From Octopus vulgaris (taxonomy: Eukaryota): a stretch of DNA of 64,000 nucleotides. The stretch lies in the NCBI GenBank assembly GCA_951406725.2, contig OX597819.1:111910001-111974000 (forward strand), given 5' to 3'. Shown here one piece after another: positions 1-12,989 of the stretch (the stretch's first letter is position 1; each line of letters begins with the position of its first letter). Position numbers and translations under genes: made by a program. The notes beneath the pieces are model-generated. The model ran no database searches, was not told the DNA's origin, and was given only the letters and a program-made list of their open reading frames with translations.

Positions 1-616
1 ACCTTGAGATCCTGCCTTGTACAATTAATAGAGTGATTGCGCAATTCACCAGAGAGGGAAAGGAGTCCACATCACTTCACCCAAGTCGACAAGGACCCTC
101 TGATAGGACCCTTTACTTTGTTAAGAGAAGTGTGACATAGAAGAACAAGTTGATGTGAGTCCCAGAACAGCTGTCAAGTATCCCCACAAACTTGGCAATT
201 ATGGCAGAGCAACAAGAAGGAAGCCATACATACATACATACATACATACATACATACATACATACATACATACATACATACATACATACACAAAAACAAC
301 CAATATCAAGCGGAGAGAAGATTGAGCCAGTGAGATGGTGGAGATGCCACTAGCATTTTGGGAATCTGTTATATTCTTTGATGTGTCCAATTTGGTATAT
401 TTTCTGACAGTAGTTGAGTGGGGTCTGGAGACTCCGTGATCAAGAATTTGGTGTGAAAAGATTGCAGCCAACACTGAAACACGGCGGTTATTCTATGACG
501 GTCTGGGAGCAGTTTGGAGACAAGTTTGGTCGTTCAGTGCTGGTGGAATGTGAGGTAAGTATAAACTCAGATAAATATGCCTCCATGTTGTGGAAAGGAC
601 TCCTTCCACTCTTCTC
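1..616 (+). pseudogene. Decayed Tc1-family transposase (HTH plus first half of DDE domain), interrupted by (CATA)n
   Basis: Translations give [41 protein letters not shown] and VWRLRDQEFGVKRLQPTLKHGGYSMTVW...INSDKYASML. These match the Tc1 motifs W..VIFSDE and PTVKHGGGSVMVWG. Stops and frameshifts are present. Confidence 0.85.
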
Positions 617-677
617 CGGGATTGAACCCGGAACCATGTGGGTGGTAAGCAAGCTACTTACCACACAACCACGCCTA
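617..677 (-). mobile_element. Head-only fragment of tRNA-derived SINE family A
   Basis: GAACCCGGAACCATGTGGGTGGTAAGCAAGCTACTTACCACAC matches the head of the full copy at 33134-33528. Confidence 0.8.
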
Positions 678-1342
678 ATAAATAATTTGAATGCATAATT
701 TCAGATTTAAATAAATTTTAACGCTTATGAGGGTTTCTATTTACTTCTGTCATGTCTGTGTGAGTGTTACTACCACACACACACGCGCGCGCGCTACCAT
801 ACACACACATGGTATCACACACATACACATGCCATTACTACCACACGCACACACACACTCATGCCTCTACCATCACACGTACACACACTCACACTCGATT
901 ACTGCCACACACACACACACTCTGTTACTGCCACAAACACACGCTACCACACACACACACACACACACACATACGCTATCGCGCGCGCCACACCCACCCA
1001 CACATACACAAGATACCGACCATTCTTCGCACTCTTCTGTCCCAGAAAGCACTTTCTTTTTGTCCATCTACTTCCGGTCATTCCAAAGTGTAACTACACG
1101 TGGACTCTTGGTTATATTTTTCTTCTTTTTCCTTTTCTTTTGGACTTTCTTATGTCTCCTATTTCCGAAAAAGAGCTTTGCTCGAAACGTAAAACAACCA
1201 TTCTCTTTCCTCCTCTGAGTGTCTTATTAATACTTTGCATGTACCACGTCCTCGCGTCGTTTTTTGTTGTCGTTTTTGTCCGTTTTTTAAAACTAACTAT
1301 GAATTTACATATATATATTTAAATTAAATAAGTATTATTACC

Positions 1343-1416
<74 letters not shown>

Positions 1417-1418
<2 letters not shown>

Positions 1419-1970
1419 GCCCTGATGCAGTACCAGGCAGTGGCTCTCATGGCTTCTGATCTTAACTGATTGGAAGTGTTATCATGTACATTGTTTTGTC
1501 TTGGTATAAAAGATGGGCTACAGCAAATATTCTGCTCAATACCACAGATTTGCTTGTCAGTTGTTTGACCTTAACCAGTTGAGCATGTCCCTTAGTGGCT
1601 GACGATATGTGCATCTCTGACCACGAGCAGAAGTAGTGGGGGAGCATCATAGCCATGTGTTGAGAGGGATTCTTTGGGGTTTGAATAGTTCACCTCTGGA
1701 AACATGGGTGGTTCTTTCAACATCCTTAAACAACCCTTATTCAGGGACCGTTTGAGCGGGATGGGCTACTCAACCTGAAGAAAATTCTAACTGGGCCCCA
1801 CCTGCAAGGTCATGTGCTGTTTATCTTGATATGAGATCACCATGTCGCGCACATATGGTTGTGATGCATGTGCCTGGTGTACCTTTATCAGACGGGTAGT
1901 CATGATGGGTATATTGGGCTTCGTAAATTTTACCCCAGTGTCACTTTGATGGCATGCACTGCTCTCTCAC
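1417..1970. mobile_element. About 555-bp non-coding element embedded in (TAA)n
   Basis: Mixed-composition block bounded by (TAA)n at 1346-1416 and 1971-1997, with no credible ORF. Single copy in this window. Confidence 0.5.
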
Positions 1971-2075
1971 ATAATAATAATAATAATAATAATAATAGGG
2001 TGGCTAGCAAGTTAATACTTTTACGGTTCTGTTTATAGCAAGTAGTATTTAAATACCCTATTGAATTTGAATTTA

Positions 2076-2115
<40 letters not shown>

Positions 2116-2191
2116 ATATGTATATAAATATCTATATGCTTGTACATAAGTATTTATATTCTGATTTTTTATCTCACTCTCTCTCTCTCTC

Positions 2192-2282
<91 letters not shown>

Positions 2283-2372
2283 GTACATAATCCATACATA
2301 CATAGATACATACATACATACATACTTACGCAGTTGGGAGGATGCAAACTAACTTTTTTCTCTTTTTCTCTG

Positions 2373-2405
2373 CCCCCTGACGAAGGATTGAATCCGAAAC
2401 GTTGG
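2373..2405 (+). ncRNA. Minimal type I hammerhead ribozyme motif (PLE-type)
   Basis: cc-CTGACGA(2377-2383)-A-GGAT-tga-ATCC-GAAAC(2396-2400)-GTT-gg, lying between microsatellite tracts. Confidence 0.6.
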
Positions 2406-2975
2406 ATATTCTACTCCTCACGGCAAGTTCACTTTACCCCTTCCGTTTTTTCAATATATATGTGTATGTGACGGTGTGTGTGTGTGTATGTGCGTGTGTA
2501 TAGTTCATGTATGTGCGAGTGTATTCCATGTATTTAATATACTTTATATATTAACGTGCCTAACTTTCATATATTTTCATTTACTTCTCTATATATGTGT
2601 ATATGTATGTAGGTCTATATATATAAAGCCTAATCGTGTTTATCTTCATCGCAATCTCCGTAGCAGCTCACCTGGATTTCTCTTATAACCAATTTTTACC
2701 CTACGGACGTAGTCCTCGATAAAGGGTTCGGAGTCTAAATTCAAATCATTTGAGCACTACGCGTTTTGTATATTAAACACCTCTAGATCTCACCTGTTGA
2801 CTATATCTATATCTATAGCCGAAATTGCGAGGATGATCCGGTTCTTGACTGAAGATAAATGGCTTCGAATGACCCGTCCTTGTTTTCTTTGTATCGTCTA
2901 TCTCGATGTTTTGTTGTCCCTATTTGTATCACCTAGTTATCTGGATGTTTTGCGTTCTTGTCCCATTTTGTGTTT

Positions 2976-3025
<50 letters not shown>

Positions 3026-3154
3026 TTTATATACATGTGTGTATGTATGTGTGTACGATGTATTGTGTGGGGGTGCGTGCGTGTGAGTGTGTCATTCAGC
3101 TTTATATCAAGATTTCTTAACAACAACTGGGTATTTTTATATGTATGTATGTAT

Positions 3155-3188
<34 letters not shown>

Positions 3189-3256
3189 TGTATGTATGTA
3201 TGTATGTATGTATGCGTATGTATGCGTGTATGCATGTATGTATGCGTGTATGTATA

Positions 3257-3347
3257 TGTGCAGATTTATACGTTTTGTTTTATGTATGTATTCCCATGCA
3301 TATAGTTGCATATCTAGACATGCTCATATAAACTTCTGGAAAGTTTT
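3257..3347 (-). mobile_element. 3' fragment of R4/Dong-like non-LTR element within (TATG)n
   Basis: Reverse complement of about 35646-35755. Confidence 0.7.
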
Positions 3348-3404
3348 GTATGTATGTATGTATGTATGTATGTATGTATGTATGTATGTACGTATGTATG
3401 TATG

Positions 3405-3783
3405 AGAGTCAACGGCCATCGAATAAATGTCTTAAGGATGTATCATGCGCGGGGACATAGAAATAATCGGACTGAATACCCGATCGCGCGGTTAAACCAT
3501 TGGGAGTGAAGGACTCTCAGCCTTTGTTAGGGCATCCTTCTGGGAGAAGGTAACTCAGGTAACTGGGATAACTCCGACATAAAACCTGCGGCTCAGTGGT
3601 TACCGATGATGTTGACTTGTTCTTCTTTTCGGATTATGGCTGCTGTTGCTTAGTGAGTGGGATTGACTCAGTGCACAGCCTTTCCTCACTTAAAAAAAAT
3701 CTTCTTGTACAGGCATTACACGATAACAACATTGATTAAGCTTCGTGCAATGGCCATACTCGATAACAAGGGGGCAGCCACCA
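3405..3783 (+). mobile_element. 5'-truncated copy of a (TATG)n-embedded non-autonomous retroposon
   Basis: Closely similar to 43397-43797, with (TATG)n on both sides. Confidence 0.8.
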
Positions 3784-4079
3784 TGTATGTATGTATGTAT
3801 GTGTACCCGTATGTATGTATGTATGACTGCATGCATGAATGTATGAATGCATGCACGTATGTAATTGTGTGTGTTTGTTATGTATGTATGTATGTATGTA
3901 TGTATGTATGTATGTATGTATGTATGTATGTATGTATAAGAGGATTGGTTCGACAGTATTGCGAAAATGGGCCCAACATCTTTTTAATAACTGACATAGG
4001 TCACTCAAATTACACATTAGTAGAGTTTTTTCTCAGTAATCAATCTGCTTCCTGTTCTTCATTGTAGACAAATAATGGA

Positions 4080-4450
4080 TTCCTAACGGGGACAACATAT
4101 CAACAGTGAGCTCTTGACGAAGGAGTGGTGCGGGTTATCTGATATGCACAGATAGCTACGCGCTGCTAACAAAAATGATGCCATGAACAAAAACAATGTG
4201 CAAAGATGAATGAATATGTTTAAAGCGGGGTAAAACCGACATTGAAGTCAAATCACGCAGTAGGAGGTCATCAAGTGTAACCAATGTCTCCAGTCGCAAG
4301 CGAACGGACGATTTGTTTCGCGCAAACAGACTAGTCACAATGTGTGAACTTGCTCTAATCATAAACGAAGACGGTGGAACTTTGGATATCAGAAAACGTG
4401 TATAAAATGAATAGGGAGAGTTTACGAAAAAAAAACAAAAGACCAAGATA
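4080..4450 (+). pseudogene. Decayed mariner transposase N-terminal region
   Basis: MFKAG, IEVKSRSRRSS, DDLFRANRLVTMCELA and GYQK resemble mariner FK.G..D..RSGRP...I..NRRVT..EL...LG..K. Confidence 0.55.
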
Positions 4451-4742
4451 GATGGTGTACGAAACAAACAGGTGTATTAGTATAACGCTCAGGAATAGAA
4501 AAAGTCTTTTACGTTTCGAGCCTACGCTCTTCTACAGAAAGGGACACGAAAAAACAAGGAGAGAAACAAGGAGAGAAAAAATGTGTGTAGTGGCTAACGA
4601 TCTAACACCCAATTTGAAGAAGAAGCATATGGGAGTCTGTTCTTATCTGCTTGAAGCGTTTGAAGTCAAAGAAAAAAGGGTTTATTTTTTCATGTATGTA
4701 TGTATGTATGTATGTATGTATGTATGTATTTGTGTGTGTGTA

Positions 4743-4796
<54 letters not shown>

Positions 4797-5829
4797 CAAA
4801 GAGAGAGAATGATGAAACGTGGCCGTATCATTATGATCTGGAAACGAATGCTCAGTTTATGTAACAGCGTCGCATCTCTTTGCCAAAGCCTAAGAATTCC
4901 AAGCGCTAACGATCATCACTGGAAGTCGTGATCACTATTTGGGAGACGGTAGGGGGGCATCATTTTCCTTTTTTTTCTTGAACGTGCTCGTACTTTGGAC
5001 GGTGAGTGGTACAGTGAAGTACTCAAAAAGCTTAGAGAAGCCATTTGGAGGAAAAGGCCGAATAAGAATTTCAAAACTATCCATACACATCATAATAATG
5101 TGTGATCAAACGCAACTCTGGCAACAAATCTGGCAATCGACAAAAATGGACCGGTCAGTGATTTCTCCATCCAACGTACAGCTCAGATCTGGTGCCCTCC
5201 AGCTTCCACTGTTCAATGAAAGACAGTCTTCGGATACAAATATTTTGTCAAAGACAAGATGAAAGCGACTGTGAAGGAATGCCAGCAATTTTAAAGGGAG
5301 GACTAGTCGATGACATAAACCCTAGTACTTGACTGGTATCGGCCTTAATTTTTTTAACATTTATTGATCATCTTCGATTTTGTATTTAAATATTTTCCTG
5401 ATTTTACTGACTTTTTGAGATCACTTCTTTCTCAGCATAAGGTATACATTTCTAAACAATCTTTTAGCTCATATTATAGTTCATAGCTTTCTCTTGTAAA
5501 AACTAGGCGTAACTCAAGCCTTGTTGCTTTCATATAACAATGTTCCCGAAGAAAGATGTATGGTTGTAAAGTTTTCTTTTGAATGCTTCTTCTCTCATGC
5601 CATGATTCAGTTGTACTAAGTTACCTTCTCATATACGCTGGCTTCCCTAAAATCCATTCATCAGCGTTGTTGTTTTTACATGAATAACCGAACTCAGTGT
5701 TTAAAATAAGTTTATGCGATATAATTCATTTCATGTTAGCGGTGCACCTGAAACTTAACTCCAAGATTAAGTCAAAACAACACTTTATCAACATAGACTG
5801 TGGTTACATCAACTCCACAACATGTCATC

Positions 5830-6320
5830 TGTGAAACAGAAAAACATACTATGGAAAATATCCAGGATATCACAAACTCCATCTACGGAAGTATTAAGGT
5901 TAACATTATATACCAGTTATGGCTAAAAATTATAAATGATATGAAAGAAATTCTCCATATACATACAAAACCAATGGCCACTAAGCACCTGGCCTTCCAG
6001 CGTTCTGCTACATCAACAAACGCAAACATAAACATTTTGATGGTAGAGCTAGTAAGAATCATGAGACACGATTCTCATATGTGTCCACCTTGCAAACAGA
6101 GAAGACATGTACAGAATTTCATCCACTATAAGAAATTCTACGGAGATAACCAATGACAACGGACCAGAATATGTAAAAGAGGGAGAAAACTGTTTGAAAC
6201 GATCATCAGCAATGATACATATGGAATGTGCCTCCACAAACCATAACCAATTTCGGAACAGACAGGAAAGAAAAAGAGGTGGAGAAAGGTTGGATTCGAA
6301 AACATCTGGTATAACAAAGC
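5830..6320 (+). pseudogene. Possible highly decayed LTR-retrotransposon integrase
   Basis: EITNDNGPEY resembles the integrase I.SDNGPEF motif. The rest is weak. Confidence 0.3.
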
Positions 6321-6630
6321 AAATTCTAGAGTGAAAGTATGGTATTTAATGCTGCTATATCCAGGGGTGAACTGGCCAACAACTTTAGGAAAAGCACTGT
6401 ATGACACAAAGCTTAAAAGTAAATTAGTAGAAAGGCACATTCATCAAAGCGCTCTTGCGTAAGTCAAAACTTGCGTAAGACAAAACATCTTGTACCGGCA
6501 ACTACAAAGTGTCCTTAACTAACCCAGAAATAAACTGCAAAGCTGGAGGCGTTGTGTAATATTTGAGATATGGAGTGAGACTTAACAAACGATATTGCCA
6601 TGAAATATGATACACACTAATCCAGACATC

Positions 6631-7010
6631 TCATCTTCAGGTCGGGGCGAGGGACATGCGTCGCTGCAGCACGTTGTTGCTTTCGTCATTTGTCGGTATA
6701 TTCCTAGGTCCTCCCAAGCGACCCGTCAAGCTGAGTCCCAGTCAATCTCTATCTCTGCGAGATCTCTTTCTCATCTGCTGTAACCATGTAGAATGTGGTC
6801 GACCAACATGAGTCGTCAACCCAGCCGGATCGTCAATGAAGAGATCACGGTAATTTTGGAAAATCAAGCAACAAAGCTAAACAGTCTGAGCTGGTGCTCC
6901 CGAATCTAACATGAAACAGGACGCATCCCAGTCTGTGTAGATTCATTGATTGAATAAGAAATCTGACCAATGATAACCCATAATCCTGCGAAGCGTCCCG
7001 GTACCACAGG
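6631..7010 (-). pseudogene. RTE-clade LINE 3' fragment
   Basis: The minus strand reads TLRRIMGYHWSDF...IREHQLRLF...GRPHSTWLQQM, the RTE ORF C-terminus. Confidence 0.75.
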
Positions 7011-7227
7011 AATTCAGGCGGTTTCTAAGGGCCCCGGATAGTGTCAAAGTCTCACAACGATAGAGCTGGACAGGGTGGACCCTGAAGACCTGAACCTTCG
7101 TCTTCCTGCACAGATATCACACTTGGATGAGCTGGTGTTGTTGAGGACTCATTGGCAAACGGCGCTTGGCGTCGCCGATATCTTCGTGAACACATAAATA
7201 TTAATGATTATTAATACAATACGATAT

Positions 7228-7529
7228 TGTTTGTTCCTTCTCAAGCCATGCCTGGCTCATAGGACCGTTTTCCTGGTTTCCTTGGCGTATAGGTTTCCCA
7301 CCTGGACGGGACGCTGGTCCGTCGCAGGTGAGCTGCAAGATGCGGGAGGAAAGAGTGAGAGAAATTTGTGGCGAAAGAGTCAGCAAAAGTTCACCATTAC
7401 CTTCTGCCGGAGCCGCGTGGAGCTTAGGTGTTTCGCTCATAAACACACACATTGCCAGGTCTGAGATTCGAACCCGCTATCCGTCGACCGCGAGTCCGCT
7501 GCTCTAACCACTAGGCTATGTGCCTCCAC
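7228..7529 (-). mobile_element. tRNA-derived SINE family D with TSD
   Basis: A/B-box-like head and body homologous to 63488-63798. TSD ACAATA(C/T)GATAT at 7216-7227 and 7530-7541. Confidence 0.85.
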
Positions 7530-8109
7530 ACAATATGATATAACATAGTAAAAATGAAGCTGTTGTTGTTATTGTTATTGTTTTGCCCCAGTTCAGGCAT
7601 AACTGAGGAGACTTGTTATCAACGATGTTCCAACCATGACCCTCCCATATTTTTTGTATACCAAAGGCTATACTGTTAAATGTGCCTTCTCTTTTCCACT
7701 GCGCTATAGTGTGAATTTGAGTAAGATTTGGCTGCTGATTCTTGCAAAATGGATGACAGCGTAGATCATACATTTTCAGCGACTTTACTGCAGAATACAT
7801 CTGCTTCATATGTTACACAAATGTGCCGCAAATTTTTACAAGCGAACTGGTAAATGCCATATTATTTAGAAAACTCGAATATTTTAATACATTACGTCAG
7901 TTACGTTTAACATACTTATACACAGTATAATTTAGAAATGTTACTACATACGTACAGGTATTATACATATATACATTAAGCACACAGAGACTATATATAC
8001 GTCTTCAATACATAGGGTAAACCCTGTGTGTTGAAGACATGTAAACACTGTGTTGAAGTTTCAGACATTCATATATGAAGCTCAAAAGCCCTGAATACGC
8101 AAACCCGAC

Positions 8110-8720
8110 GCAGATGTCTTAAACACAGATCTTAAACTCACATGTATTAAATCCAGAGATTTTATACAGATGCCTTAAATATAGATGTCATAGAAAGCGT
8201 CTCAAATACAAATCTTATACACAAGTCTTAAATACTGAAATCATAAACACAGATCTAACGAGGAGGTACCTGGCTTCAAGGGTATCGCGAAAGGGCTTAT
8301 TGAAGGCCCAACCTTCCGAGTTCTTTTGCAGGGCTTAGAAAAACTGAAGGGCCGCTGCAACAAATGAGTGAATCCGAGAGGGGAATATTTTGAATAAAGT
8401 CGTAATTAAGTGATCCTCCTGTAATTTCTTCTTCCCAAATCCAAGGGGTCTTATGCACACAGATCTTAAATATACACACCTTATACGCATATATTTCTTA
8501 ACCACACAGCTTTTTAAAGACGAATTTTATAAATACATCCTGAACAGAAAGGTCTATAATACATGTTTTCATATACACGTGAAACGAATCACACGTGACA
8601 TAACAGTGAAACCAAAATGGCCAGTTGTTACATGAATTGCTACAAATGTCTTACATACAAATCCTATACACACGTCCTCAACACACGTTTTAAGCACTCA
8701 AATCTTTTGCAGACGTCTTC
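8110..8720. repeat. Degenerate minisatellite-like tract (variants of ACAGATGTCTTAAAT)
   Basis: Recurring cagatgtcttaaacac, cagatcttaaat, acaaatcttatac and aaatgtcttacatac, interrupted at about 8260-8450. Confidence 0.55.
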
Positions 8721-8961
8721 AATCTTCATGTTTGTATATAAATAGTGGACGGTAACTAAAATAGCAAAGACACAATGGCGAAGAGACATCGGATACAGTC
8801 ACACACCGCTACCACTACAAATAACCCTTCAACGACGAATACAGCAGTACCAACATATGTACGTGTGTTTGCGTTTGTGTGTGTGCGTGTATGTGTGTGT
8901 GTTTGTGTGTGTATGTGTGCGTGCGTGTGCGTGTGCATGTGTTTAAATATATGCATATATA

Positions 8962-9024
<63 letters not shown>

Positions 9025-9050
9025 ATTATTGTATAAGCAATGTGTGTGTA

Positions 9051-9086
<36 letters not shown>

Positions 9087-9196
9087 TGTATGCATTCACA
9101 AACCTTTTTGTATGTCAATTCAAACAGGTGCATACATGCATACACTTACACCACATACATATAAGTATATATATGTATATACACATGTATGTATGA

Positions 9197-9230
<34 letters not shown>

Positions 9231-9281
9231 ATGTATATATGTATATACATATACATATATATATACATATATATATTCATA

Positions 9282-9322
<41 letters not shown>

Positions 9323-9367
9323 TTATATGTATATATGTGTACATATACATATGTATATTTATATTTA

Positions 9368-9415
<48 letters not shown>

Positions 9416-9584
9416 TGTATGTATGTATATTTGTATGTATATGTGTATATATGTTGCATACAAAGGTGGGTGTGTCTGTGTTTACTAGTAGATATAAAAA
9501 CTAGTGGTTCTCCTAAGTCATTGACATTGTTCCAAGTTGATGGCCACCACGGCTATGGGGGGATGGGTAGTGGTGCAGTTGATG

Positions 9585-9688
9585 ATGGTGGTGGTGGTGG
9601 TGGTGGTGGTGGTGAGGGTGATGGTGGTGATGTATTAGTAGTGATGGCCACGGTAATAGTGGGGATAGCATTGGTGTTAATGTTGCTT

Positions 9689-9754
<66 letters not shown>

Positions 9755-9778
9755 TCAGCAGCAATAGTAGTAGTAGTA

Positions 9779-9832
<54 letters not shown>

Positions 9833-10279
9833 ACGAAATTGGTTACGCTGAAGGTGGTATGGTTGGTGGTGGTAGTAGTGGCGCTACCACTACTACTGCT
9901 GCTGCAGCTGGTGATGCTAGTAGTGGTGGTGGTGGTGGTAGTGGTGCTGCTGCTGCTGCTGCTGCTGGTTGAGACGGGAGTGGTGGTGCAGTAAACGTGG
10001 GGAGCGGTCGTAGATTCCACCAAATATAGCAATCAGCGGCGGATGCTAACAATTAAACGCTGACAGATCGATAAACCTGGATCGATAAAAATGGCTTTGC
10101 TGTTGATAACGAGGGTGATGATGGTGGTGATTGTAGTGATGGTGTTGATGATGATGCTGGTGGCGGCGGAGATGTTGACGTGGAGATGTGATATAGTAGT
10201 AGTAGTAGTAGTAGTAGTAGTTGCTTTTATCGTTGTTGTTGCTGCAAGTTTTCCTGTTGTTGTGAATACAGCTGCTCTT

Positions 10280-10349
<70 letters not shown>

Positions 10350-10445
10350 ATGTTGTTGTTATTGTTGCTGCTATAGCTTTAATTGATGATGCTGATGATG
10401 ATGTCGACGACGACGACGACGACGATGACCACGACAATGATGATG
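9585..10445. repeat. Compound triplet microsatellite (GGT, GTA, GCT, GAT, GAC)
   Basis: Directly visible. It produces the poly-V/T/S ORFs. Confidence 0.95.
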
Positions 10446-11299
10446 AAATGGGCGTTGTAATAGTTATTATATTAGTGGCTGTTATTGCCTAACAAATACC
10501 GGCTGGACTTCCCAAATGAACCTTACGTCGAAATATGAACCAAATACGCCGAGTCATCTAGATTGTCCGTAGAGTGAGTATTTCTTAAATCAGTGAACAA
10601 AGGTAATGTAAACTGTCCACATTTTTAACAGACAGGCTGCACAAACCACTGATTTATTTTCTGCATAAAGAGACCCGGTTACTGGAAGGTGATCGCGTCG
10701 TTTCCGGTGCGCAAATCTTACAGCGAGAAGATTAACGAAGTAGTTTAAGCTATCAAAACTCGATGGTAGGCCGTTCTGAAGAGAGTGATTATGGTAGAAT
10801 CAATTGGATTTAGCAAAGGAGTGTTTATAATATAAAGTAGATTAGAAATAATGGGGGAGGTTAATGAGTAAATTAAAAGAAACGATTAGGCACAGTGTCG
10901 CAACCGACTTGCTTACGGCGCGAATTGTCCTTGAAATTGCCCGCGAGACACATAAGTTGCTTTGCCAATGCTAAAATGTCTACTTGCTCATAAATATATA
11001 AAGGTATGGAAGCCGTTCGCGGGATCATTGGTAGAGATGCTACGCGGAAGCAATGTCACAAAGTGATCTTTCACAGACAGGGACTGGCGCATACTATTCG
11101 CTTCTATGTGTTTTGTGTGGGGTCTCTCAAGCATCAGATGTATGTTGAACAGCCGGCAGTGTACCAGCGACAGTGAAGCACCTTTCTTTCCTACTTCAAC
11201 GGCTTACCACAACCCTCAGCAGAGAACACAAAGTGCTACAAAAAGCCAATATCAGCAGCTAAGATATAGTCGCGTGTGTACGAGGAGTAATTTGCCTGA

Positions 11300-11910
11300 C
11301 TTGGATGGTCTGTCCTATAAATTTTATGGATAGATGCCAAACTTATTCAGTCTGGTGTTTGTAGATAATTATTGCAATTGGCAGGAGACCGGAAACATTC
11401 CCAGTTGTGTAAACCGGGGAGTGGTTAGTGTTACTGAGGAAGGACCAGAGCAAAGGAACGTTATTAATAAATATCTCTGGCTCATAACTCTATTGAATAC
11501 AGAGATTATGGTTGGTGTTTGCCGTTGGTATTGAAGTCGGCAAATCACAGATCTGTGTGATCTTGGGAAAATCTATCCACGACAACCTCTACCTCATGTC
11601 ATACATTGTAGAGAGGGTGGGTAACTTTCCATTGAAGCTCTGGTTAATTTGGTTCAGTCGGAAACCTCCAAAAGTTTTTGCGGTTGTCTTTAGTGCAGTC
11701 GGTTTTTAGTCCAGATTTTTTTAAAAGTCTGAATGGCCATAAATATACAGCGACGTCTGCCATCACCACTGTTTCCGAAGCAGGTAAGTTCATCATCCTT
11801 GGTGACCCAGAAGAGGATGAAAATGTATATAATTCACTGCTTAGAGCTTAGAGATGTCAGTAAATTTCACACCACCATTATGAGCTTTTTCTCACATCCT
11901 CCTTGCAAAA
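11300..11910 (-). pseudogene. Possible decayed gypsy-type integrase
   Basis: The minus strand gives HPLLGHQG and VVVDRFS in the expected order. Otherwise degenerate. Confidence 0.35.
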
Positions 11911-12989
11911 AATAGCTCCTTGCTTGCGGAATGACCGAATCATTAAACCGCAGGACAAAATACCTCACAGTTTTTAGTTACAGCACATTATGCTTTGAGT
12001 TCAAAACCAAGCCCATATCCACCTTTCATCAATCAGGTGTTGATAAAATAAAGTACCTGTGAATACCGGGGCTAACTGAATATTCTTATAAAACACCCTA
12101 AATGTCAATGGCATTTACTAGATTGCAGGTAGAACTAAACTCAACACTGCCAGATAACGAACATCTTGTCGATAAACGGTGCAGCAACGACTTGTTTTCA
12201 TTGTTTGAGGCTTCCTGTAGGAACTTTGTTGTTGCTGCTGCTTTTGTTGTTGTTACTGGGTTGTGTTAATAGCGGTAGTAATTCCGATGGGGTGCAACTT
12301 GTGTCCTTCCGTGAGTAGTTCGTCCATCACTAGCTCTCACGACCACTCAGCTCTCACTTGTGGCTCCACGAAGCTGTTAGCGTGCGATAGCGGTTACACT
12401 CTGGGCGATGGCTTCGACAGATTGCCTATACACTTGAAAATGAACTCCAGTTCACTGAGCGGAAGAGGTCAACAGTGGCAGGAAAACGGTCAAGAAGGCC
12501 AAACATGGAAGGCACCGTAATCATTCTGCATCCGGTTTCATCTCCAGGCATCTGGACCTTTGTCTTATCACTTGGATTAAAGATGGAAACTAAGAAGGGA
12601 GAGAGAGAGAGACGAGAGAGAGAGAGAGAGAGTGAAGCCGATGGAAGTAACTGTCCCTCGCTTTACTCAAACTCGACTCACAAGTCATCAGTCATTCTTC
12701 ATTCCACCTCTTTCACCCCAGACCCGGTAGCGGCAGGCAAACAACCAAGTGACAAGCAGAGATTCACTAGAAGTGAAGCCTCAAACCGGTACCCGGGCAG
12801 CTCAGGCTAATCGGTTGTTGTCTACTGAATAGTCTGGGCAACTGAACAGCACTCTTTAGGAAAGAACTACTGGACTCTTGCCACGAGGAAGAAACTACAG
12901 AATATGCTCTAAACATTGCTTAATACACTGCTCTGACCTGAATGCCACAGCAGTTGAAAATTCCCAATGATACGATCGAAATCAAGCAA

